A stretch of 21,800 bases of DNA. Source: a virus (lineage: Duplodnaviria; Heunggongvirae; Uroviricota; Caudoviricetes). Each line of letters opens with the position of its first letter. Position 1 is the stretch's first letter. Location of the stretch: IMG/VR virus record IMGVR_UViG_3300033070_001565. The stretch is one strand, 5' to 3'. Below are positions 9,845-16,029 of this stretch, piece by piece. The position numbers and the translations under genes were made by a program. Under the pieces are notes generated by a model. That model saw nothing but the letters and a program-made list of their open reading frames with translations, was not told the origin of the DNA and did no database searches.

Positions 9845-10948
9845 GTGAATCAATTCTTCATTGACTCAGATCTAACAAGCAAGATATCAAATATCAAAAT
9901 TCAAATTGATACTGAGCATGGGAAATTTAAGAGAGTACAAAATCCATCTGGTTATGCATACACACGTACGGATGCTCATGTACGTGCAAGCTTGCAAGCC
10001 CTGGCATGGTCTCATGGGGTACATGTCGATGTGACGTCACCTGTACCTGAGACTGTACTTGCCGGTCTTGGAGTATTTGATGTTTGTCCTGCACACGTGA
10101 TCAAACCATGGCTAGATTCAGTTCTGAAGCAAGTGAGAGAATATTCTGAGCTATCAAATGAGTATTGCGAAAATGTGTGGAAGCGACACATGCATTTTGC
10201 AAGCAAATTTGCTCAGCTACCCGGTCGACCATCTCCGGTTTACGATTTTATCTCATCAAAGACCGGTCGACCATCTGTGATATCCGGGCACAATTACACG
10301 AATGAGACGTGGTCATCTCGAGTACATGCAATTTCGAACAATGGATGCCTGTATTACGTCGATATGAGCGAGTTCGAGGCAAGAGTACTCGGCGCAAGAG
10401 TTGGAATCGATTTTGGGGGATCTGATGCGTATATGACTCTAGCTGAGATGGTTGGTATACCTGGACAGAGAGATGATGCCAAGCTGACAGTCCTGGCATC
10501 AGTTTTCGGAGCGGGAAAGAATTTCACTGAGTCGAAGAACCTGTCACTCAGTACTCTCGGTAGCGTAAGGAGCATCTTCAAAATCGATGAGCTAGCTCAC
10601 TCGTCCGGACCAATCGTGACTCCACACGGCAGAAAAATTGCAAAACCAGAAGCACGGCTCGTACCATCTTGGTACACTCAAGCAACGGCAGTAGACATTG
10701 CGTGGCAGAGATTTGAAAACACAGCAGAATTGTTTCCATCAAAATTCGATACGATCGCAATCGTGCATGATGCATGCATTATCGATGCTCCTGTCGGAGC
10801 AGAAAAGAGACTCACGAAGTATTTTGCTCAGACTCTCATCGATCCTGTTACTGGCGTTAGTTTCCCAGTCAAAATTAAAAAGTTGAGTGATGTAAAGAAT
10901 GTCAAGCGAGAAGTACAATCTGAACAAGATGGTACAATCTCTCAGTGA
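9845..10948 (+). CDS. minimal family-A (Pol I-like) DNA polymerase domain protein, no exonuclease domain
   Basis: GTG start; the next in-frame Met is at residue 115. TGRPSVISGHNYTN corresponds to TGRLSSxxPNLQNIP. Motif A is YYVDMSEFEARVLGA versus DYSQIELRxxAH (D173 at 10361-10363, E178 conserved). Motif B is RDDAKLTVLASVFGAG versus RRxAKxxNFGxxYG (K213 at 10481). GRKI..(N)..TQATAVDIAWQRF corresponds to GRRR...QGTAADIxKxAM. Motif C is IAIVHDACIID versus QVHDE (H308/D309 at 10766-10771). Confidence 0.75.
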   Translation: MNQFFIDSDLTSKISNIKIQIDTEHGKFKRVQNPSGYAYTRTDAHVRASLQALAWSHGVHVDVTSPVPETVLAGLGVFDVCPAHVIKPWLDSVLKQVREYSELSNEYCENVWKRHMHFASKFAQLPGRPSPVYDFISSKTGRPSVISGHNYTNETWSSRVHAISNNGCLYYVDMSEFEARVLGARVGIDFGGSDAYMTLAEMVGIPGQRDDAKLTVLASVFGAGKNFTESKNLSLSTLGSVRSIFKIDELAHSSGPIVTPHGRKIAKPEARLVPSWYTQATAVDIAWQRFENTAELFPSKFDTIAIVHDACIIDAPVGAEKRLTKYFAQTLIDPVTGVSFPVKIKKLSDVKNVKREVQSEQDGTISQ

Positions 10949-11585
10949 GAGTCAAATACTCAGCAATTATGCTGCATACAGCAAGCTGCTGATCGCAACT
11001 GCTCTTCCGAATCAAAAAGCTGGTGTCGAGTCTCTTCTCTCTCATCTTGAAAATCGATTGGCACTGTGTCCTGGATCGTCGAAGATTGCATATCATAATG
11101 CATTTCCCGGGGGTCTTGTCGATCACTCTCTACGAGTTGCGAAGCTTGCAAAGCAATTTGTTACTGGTATGCAGATGACTGGAATTCCTATCGCTCGTCT
11201 CATCTTTGCGTGTCTCTTGCACGATCTTGGGAAGGTCGGCGATGAACGAGATGAGTACTACATTCCTCAGACAAATGACTGGCTCCGCGGAAAGGGAGAA
11301 CCCTATCAGATTAATCCTGCAATTCGGTACATGGCAACACAGCAAAGAAGCGTGTACCTTTGTCAGTATTACGGTATTCAGCTCTCTCATGAGCAGTATC
11401 TTGCGATTCTCCTGAACGATGGTCAGTATTCGAAGGATAATGCTGCGTACGCAATGAAAGAGCCTGAACTTGCAACCGTGCTCCACACTGTGGATCTTCT
11501 TGCAACGAAGATTGAAAAGGGAGAATTTATGAAGTCACAAGATTCTGAATTTGACTCGACAGAGTTAGATATTATATGCAAGTGA
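10899..11585 (+). CDS. HD-domain metal-dependent phosphohydrolase
   Basis: YHNAFPGGLVDHSLRVAKLA ... LIFACLLHDLGKVGD ... LHTVDLLA gives the H...HD...D signature of the HD superfamily and looks like a YhaM-type HD domain. The listed ATG overlaps the polymerase gene by 50 nt. An alternative ATG at 10929 would overlap by 20 nt. Confidence 0.8.
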   Translation: MSSEKYNLNKMVQSLSESQILSNYAAYSKLLIATALPNQKAGVESLLSHLENRLALCPGSSKIAYHNAFPGGLVDHSLRVAKLAKQFVTGMQMTGIPIARLIFACLLHDLGKVGDERDEYYIPQTNDWLRGKGEPYQINPAIRYMATQQRSVYLCQYYGIQLSHEQYLAILLNDGQYSKDNAAYAMKEPELATVLHTVDLLATKIEKGEFMKSQDSEFDSTELDIICK

Positions 11586-11749
11586 AGCTTGAGGACCTCA
11601 TCAGAGAGATCATTATACAAGAGTTTGTAGCTCTTGCAGGTGGTGCGGTATCAGGTTTCATTGCTCCAGTAGAACAAACACAAAGCAAAAAATCGTCAGT
11701 AAAACCAAAAAAGAAAAAAGAAGATAAAAGCAATGGCAATCGACATTAA
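11576..11749 (+). CDS. possible small protein (57 aa), hydrophobic N-half with a Lys-rich tail
   Basis: This ORF is below the track's length cut-off. My translation is MQVKLEDLIREIIIQEFVALAGGAVSGFIAPVEQTQSKKSSVKPKKKKEDKSNGNRH. It fills the otherwise non-coding 147-nt gap, overlapping the HD gene end by 10 nt and the SSB start by 17 nt. Alternatively the A-rich stretch is simply the SSB leader. Confidence 0.3.
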   Translation: MQVKLEDLIREIIIQEFVALAGGAVSGFIAPVEQTQSKKSSVKPKKKKEDKSNGNRH

Positions 11750-12569
11750 CGCTCTCCGCGCTCGTCTGGCTGGTATCGAAAACGCTAACAAGAGGAAGTC
11801 GAACATCAAGTTCTTCCGTCCTGAGGTTGGTGAGTACACTCTCCGTGTTATTCCCTGGCTCGATACTCCCGATAACGATCCTTTCAAGAATCTCAAGCTT
11901 CACTACCTCGTGAAGCCACGCCTTGTCTCGCCGGCGTCTTTTGGTAAGACGGATCTCATCATCGAGCTAGCCAAGGAAATCAAAGCAGATCGTTCTGACC
12001 CCGATGGCTGGAAGAAAGCCCGTAAGCTCGAGCCGGCTGATACTTGGTATGCTGCTGTTCTCGATCGTGCAAAGGAGGCCGATGGTCTACATCTCTGGTC
12101 CTTTAACATCTACATCTGGAAACGTCTCGTGTCGTTCTTCCTCGAAGAGGACACACAGGAGTGGCTTGATCCCAAGAATGGCTTCGATCTGAAGCTGAAG
12201 GTCGCTCCTGGCAAGAAGATGTACAACGGTAAGCCTGTGAACGAGACAACGATCGATCTCGCCAGGAAGCCCTCTCCCGCCCTGAAGGATCCTGCCGCGC
12301 TGAAGAAACTTGTTGAGTCAATGACTCAGTTCACGGCTGACTTCTCTGCAGACAATCAGCCTGCAACAGACGCAGAGCTGCAGCATGCTCTCGATACGTT
12401 TTTGAGTGAGCAAGATGCAGCTGCTGGTCTGCCTGCGAAGGACAAGACTGATGAGGGTACGAGCTCCCGGGGTCCTGCAAAAGCTGCTCCTTCGGGTGGT
12501 TCGAATACGTCTTCTGCAGTTGATGCACTAGACAGCGCCGTCGATGATCTCTTGAACTTATTGGCTTGA
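11733..12569 (+). CDS. T4 gp32-like single-stranded DNA-binding protein
   Basis: The matches to T4 gp32 are collinear. LRVIPW corresponds to IRFLP. TWYAAVLD corresponds to SYWANILV. HLWSFNIYIWKRL corresponds to FKYRFGKKIWDKI. GFDLKLKV..GKKMYNG corresponds to GANFVLKVKQVSGFSNY. The low-complexity Ser/Ala linker and the acidic C-terminus SAVDDLLNLLA correspond to DLDDLLNDL. Codon choice is strongly C-ending and AAG-rich, as expected for a highly expressed gene. Confidence 0.75.
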   Translation: MAIDINALRARLAGIENANKRKSNIKFFRPEVGEYTLRVIPWLDTPDNDPFKNLKLHYLVKPRLVSPASFGKTDLIIELAKEIKADRSDPDGWKKARKLEPADTWYAAVLDRAKEADGLHLWSFNIYIWKRLVSFFLEEDTQEWLDPKNGFDLKLKVAPGKKMYNGKPVNETTIDLARKPSPALKDPAALKKLVESMTQFTADFSADNQPATDAELQHALDTFLSEQDAAAGLPAKDKTDEGTSSRGPAKAAPSGGSNTSSAVDALDSAVDDLLNLLA

Positions 12570-12586
12570 CCAGCAGATAATGCTGG
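12570..12586 (+). promoter_or_regulatory. small hairpin filling the SSB-recombinase spacer
   Basis: CCAGCA (12570-12575), loop GATAA, then TGCTGG (12581-12586). The stem ends 1 nt before the ATG at 12588. It may act as an RNA stability or translation-attenuating element. The stem is only 6 bp. Confidence 0.3.
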
Positions 12587-12587
12587 T

Positions 12588-13799
12588 ATGGCAGCCAAGA
12601 AAAAAGAATTCATCCCGGTTCTTAACGAAGCGGTCGACGGTATTGATGCCGCGTCGACCGCTGAGTTCGTTAAGCAGATTAACCGTGAGATGGGAGACCG
12701 TGTAGCATTCAATCTCGCGGAGGGAGAGGCACCAACAATCATCAAGCGTTGGATTCCGACCGGTTCCACTCTCATTGATTACATGATCGCGAATCGTAAA
12801 GGCGGAGGTCTACCAGAGGGAAGAATCATCGAACTCTCGGGCATGCCCTCAACTGGCAAGTCTCACATTGCGTACGAGATTGCAAAGAACGTGCAGAAAA
12901 TGGGCGGTCTCGTCGTGTACATCGACACTGAGAATGCGACTCAGATCGATAAACTCCATGAGATGGGTCTCGATGTCAGGAACCGTTTTATCTACTGCGA
13001 TACGCACTGCACGGAGGAGGTCTTCGAACTCATTGAGAAGACGATCACGAAAGCAAAGCAAGTCATTGGGAAGAAGAACGTTCCATTTCTTGTCATTTGG
13101 GACTCTGTCGCTTCGACATCACCAAAAGCAGAACTAGAGGGAAATTACGATAAGGACACAATCGGTCTCCAGGCGAGGGTTATCAGTAAATGCATGAGGA
13201 AAATTACGGGAGTACTCGGTGAGAATAATGTAACCCTTCTGTGTCTCAACCAACTCAGGACGAAGATTGGTGAGATGTTCGGAGATCCCATGTCATCTCC
13301 TGGAGGAAACGCTATTCCATTCCACTCAAGTGTGAGATTGAGACTTTCTTCTGGTCAGCCAGTCAAGAACAAGAAGGGCGAAATCATCGGGATCAAGGTG
13401 ATTGTCACTCTCAAGAAGAACAAGGTTGCATATCCTCACCGCAAGTGCGAATTCGAGATTCATTTCGGACGCGGAATCTATGAATCAGAAGCACTATTCG
13501 ATGTGCTCAGAGAGTGGTGCATTGAGCACACAGGAGCAAAGATCGGAGATGCGTACGTTTCGGTCAGCGGTGATGGTGCATGGAAAGAGCTCATTGTCGC
13601 AACAAAAGATGGAGAAGTACTTGTTGAAAAGAAGTTCTATAAACACGAGTTCAGCGAGGTAATGTCTGATCCGAAATACCTCCCCTACGTATCAGTACTC
13701 ATTGATGCTGCGCTTGTAATAAAGCCAGACCTAGGTACACAAACAAATAATGGAAGCCCATCAGAAGGTGAATCAGACACCACAGCAGCCCCAAACTAA
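12588..13799 (+). CDS. recA: RecA-family recombinase
   Basis: LPEGRIIELSGMPSTGKSHIAYEIA contains the Walker A motif. VVYIDTENA and FLVIWDSVASTSPKAELEG contain the Walker B motif. GLQARVISKCMRKITGVLGENNVTLLCLNQLRTKIGEMFGDPMSSPGGNAIPFHSSVRLRL is nearly collinear with the bacterial RecA core (GLQARLMSQALRKLTG...[32 protein letters not shown]). Confidence 0.9.
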   Translation: MAAKKKEFIPVLNEAVDGIDAASTAEFVKQINREMGDRVAFNLAEGEAPTIIKRWIPTGSTLIDYMIANRKGGGLPEGRIIELSGMPSTGKSHIAYEIAKNVQKMGGLVVYIDTENATQIDKLHEMGLDVRNRFIYCDTHCTEEVFELIEKTITKAKQVIGKKNVPFLVIWDSVASTSPKAELEGNYDKDTIGLQARVISKCMRKITGVLGENNVTLLCLNQLRTKIGEMFGDPMSSPGGNAIPFHSSVRLRLSSGQPVKNKKGEIIGIKVIVTLKKNKVAYPHRKCEFEIHFGRGIYESEALFDVLREWCIEHTGAKIGDAYVSVSGDGAWKELIVATKDGEVLVEKKFYKHEFSEVMSDPKYLPYVSVLIDAALVIKPDLGTQTNNGSPSEGESDTTAAPN

Positions 13800-14211
13800 C
13801 GTCAGGATTCAGCTCATAGACAGTGGCTGTGCTCTCGAAAAGGGAACACAGCAATCTAGCGGTTGGGATCTCAAATCTCGTGTTGACATTACGATTCCGA
13901 ACGGTTCAACTTGTAGAATTCCTGTTGGAATCTCTCTTGGACTCCCAAATTTTTGGGAGGCCCAAATCAGATCTCGCTCATCCTCGCGATCGAAAAGAAT
14001 GATTGTTGAGTGGGGAACGATCGATGCAGATTATAGGGGAGAGGTAGAAGTACAGGTAACCGCAGACAAGGGTCCCGTGAAGATAGAAAAATATCAGAGG
14101 ATCGCACAGCTTGTTTTTGTACCCGTTCCACCTGTAAATTTGCAGTATACAACTGACGTGATTGGTGAAGTTACAGAAAGAATTGGCGGTTTCGGTTCAA
14201 CTGGCTCGTAA
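13750..14211 (+). CDS. dut: trimeric dUTP pyrophosphatase (dUTPase)
   Basis: All five dUTPase motifs are present: SGWDLKS, IRSRSS, GTIDADYRGEVEV, YQRIAQLVF and ERIGGFGSTGS. The only ATG gives a 50-nt overlap with the recombinase gene. Confidence 0.9.
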   Translation: MEAHQKVNQTPQQPQTNVRIQLIDSGCALEKGTQQSSGWDLKSRVDITIPNGSTCRIPVGISLGLPNFWEAQIRSRSSSRSKRMIVEWGTIDADYRGEVEVQVTADKGPVKIEKYQRIAQLVFVPVPPVNLQYTTDVIGEVTERIGGFGSTGS

Positions 14212-14244
14212 GCCACTAATTTTATTCCACATTGCAGTTTGATC

Positions 14245-14277
14245 CCCATGCAGTGACTCTCGATAGTTGTGCATGGG
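14245..14277 (+). promoter_or_regulatory. hairpin in the dut-FEN intergenic region
   Basis: CCCATGCA (14245-14252) pairs with TGCATGGG (14270-14277) across a 17-nt loop. No T-run follows, so a terminator role is doubtful. Confidence 0.25.
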
Positions 14278-14298
14278 ATGGTAAAGATGAAGTGCACT

Positions 14299-14307
14299 TG
14301 TTATAAA
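14299..14307 (+). promoter_or_regulatory. candidate extended -10 promoter element (TGTTATAAA)
   Basis: TG-n-TATAAA matches the bacterial extended -10 consensus TGnTATAAT. It sits 8 nt upstream of the ATG at 14315, which would imply a near-leaderless transcript. No convincing -35 element is present. This is speculative. Confidence 0.25.
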
Positions 14308-14314
14308 ATTAACC

Positions 14315-15268
14315 ATGTCAGAACCCTCTCCTAGGCCGATTCTTCTCGTTGACGGTCTCAATCTGTTCATAAGATGCTGGTGCGCGTATCCTGCTGTCTC
14401 AACTCATGGTGGGCAGCTGGGAGGCGTTGTCGGGTTTCTGAAAACTCTCAACAGGCTCGTGTCTGATAATTCTCCACAGAGAGTCATCATCGCATGGGAG
14501 GCTGGCGGATCTCTGCGTCGCAGAGGAATAGACCCCAATTACAAGAACCAGCGCCGACCTGAGAAGCTCAACAGATTTTATGGAGATGATATCCCTGAGA
14601 CACACGAGAATTGGCAGCACCAGCTCACAAGTCTTGTGAAGATATCAGAGTGTCTCCCGGTCACTCAGGTTTATGTCGAGGACTGTGAGGGAGATGACGT
14701 AATATCGTACTGTGCAACATCGATCAGAGGAGTCAACAAGATCATTGTCTCATCAGACAAAGATTTTTATCAGCTCCTTGACTCAGAAACAAAACAGTAC
14801 TCTCCTCACAAAAAGTGTTTCATAACTCAGGATGACGTTCTGAGAGACTTTTCGATTCATCCTTGCAACTTTGCAATCGCGAAGGCAATCTGCGGAGATC
14901 CTGGAGATAACGTTTCAGGAGTCCCACGAGTGGGATTCAAGAGTCTCGCAAAACATTTTGACATTCTTAAATCGAGCACGCCACTCATTCTTCCCGACGT
15001 TGAAACTTGGGCTGCTGCTCATAGAGATGAGTCTGCAATCATCAAGAGAGTGTGGGAAAACTGGGATATTGTCCAGAAGAATTGGAAACTTGTCTTTCTT
15101 GGAATTGGCGCTCTATCTCCACAGCAGATAAAGAGGATTGATCAATGTTTGGGAGTGGTACCACAACCAAGTCTGGTCAAGTACTTCGGACTGCTAAAAG
15201 AGATCGGAACATCTGACATTGGAGTACATTCCACGTTCCAAACGCTGAAGCAAATAGGTGATAATTGA
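14315..15268 (+). CDS. 5'-3' exonuclease / flap endonuclease (Pol I N-terminal / T5 D15 / T4 RNase H family)
   Basis: ILLVDGLNLFIR shows the PIN-like acidic site. IIVSSDKDFYQLL is also present. AKAICGDPGDNVSGVPRVGFKSLAKHF fits the H3TH pattern GDxSDNIPGVxGIGxKTA. Confidence 0.85.
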   Translation: MSEPSPRPILLVDGLNLFIRCWCAYPAVSTHGGQLGGVVGFLKTLNRLVSDNSPQRVIIAWEAGGSLRRRGIDPNYKNQRRPEKLNRFYGDDIPETHENWQHQLTSLVKISECLPVTQVYVEDCEGDDVISYCATSIRGVNKIIVSSDKDFYQLLDSETKQYSPHKKCFITQDDVLRDFSIHPCNFAIAKAICGDPGDNVSGVPRVGFKSLAKHFDILKSSTPLILPDVETWAAAHRDESAIIKRVWENWDIVQKNWKLVFLGIGALSPQQIKRIDQCLGVVPQPSLVKYFGLLKEIGTSDIGVHSTFQTLKQIGDN

Positions 15269-16029
15269 CTGAGAATTTTGGTAAGTACGGTATCGATTTC
15301 CAAGAAAAGATTATGCAAGCTCTGCTCGTTGATCGAGCATGGGCTCAGCAGATGATGGAGGTGTTCAAACCAGATTTCTTTGAGAGAAAGCATCTCGTTT
15401 ACCTTTCGAACAGATACTTCGAGTACTGGAAGCAATACAAAGTCTTTCCGACATTTGAACTTCTCGTTGTCATCATCAAAGATGAGCTGAAGTCTGGTAT
15501 TGACGCTGAATTGAGAATTCAGATTGTCGATTATCTCAAGCGCATTAAAGATAATCCCAACTCTGAAGATCTTTCCTACGTGAAGGATAAGTCTCTCGAT
15601 TTCTGTAAGCGTCAGGGATTGAAGACTGCAATGCTCGAGGCAATCGAGCTGATCGAAGATCAGCGTTACGAGCCCGTTGTCGATATCATCAAGAAGGCTG
15701 TCTCTGCGGGTACATGCGAGTCTCTGGGACACGATTTCTTCGAAGACAGAGATGCTCGCTACGTTGAAGATTACCGTGAGTGCGTTCCAACCGGCATTCC
15801 GGAACTCGATTCAAAGGGTGTTTTCAATGGTGGATTGGGCAAGGGTGAACTCGGAATTGTCATTGGTGGCACCGGCGCAGGAAAATGCACTCAGAAGAAC
15901 GCCACTGTAAACATCAGGTATACAGCGATTGATATCGATGGTACGATTTACAATCCATGGGATATCGTATCAACGAGAAGAGGAAAGATTCTTGCAAAAG
16001 ATGTCACGTCAAGAGACGAACTCATCTGA
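15265..16029 (+). CDS. T4 gp41/DnaB-type replicative helicase, N-terminal fragment ending inside Walker A, fused to an intein N-segment
   Basis: The TTG start overlaps the FEN stop (aaTTGAct), with an alternative ATG at 15313. GHDFFEDRDARYVEDY resembles T4 gp41 GHDWMDDYEARW. The helicase sequence ends GELGIVIGGTGAGK (AAA at 15883-15885). It is followed by Cys (TGC 15886-15888), then TQKNATVNIRYTAIDIDGTIYNPWDIV... and TGA at 16027-16029. Confidence 0.85.
   Translation: MTENFGKYGIDFQEKIMQALLVDRAWAQQMMEVFKPDFFERKHLVYLSNRYFEYWKQYKVFPTFELLVVIIKDELKSGIDAELRIQIVDYLKRIKDNPNSEDLSYVKDKSLDFCKRQGLKTAMLEAIELIEDQRYEPVVDIIKKAVSAGTCESLGHDFFEDRDARYVEDYRECVPTGIPELDSKGVFNGGLGKGELGIVIGGTGAGKCTQKNATVNIRYTAIDIDGTIYNPWDIVSTRRGKILAKDVTSRDELI

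Noticed and set aside
10899-11585. The HD hydrolase next to a PolA gene as a DatZ/DpoZ-type pair of a 2-aminoadenine (Z-genome) system.
   Set aside because: No PurZ (adenylosuccinate-synthetase-like) or MazZ gene is in the window. The HD protein looks like a generic YhaM-type HD domain. The phage encodes dUTPase and ThyX, which says nothing about adenine replacement. Adjacency alone is insufficient.
13790-13796. A canonical-looking -1 slippery heptamer, C_CCA_AAC, just before the recA-like stop, inside the 50-nt overlap with dut. This raised the possibility of a programmed frameshift fusion.
   Set aside because: A -1 shift enters the frame that terminates after 9 codons (…CTA ACG TCA GGA TTC AGC TCA TAG). 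The dut frame is +1 relative to recA, not -1. No downstream stimulatory structure was seen. This is most simply an ordinary gene overlap. The same applies to the 50-nt pol/HD overlap at 10899-10948, where an internal ATG (10929) is also available.
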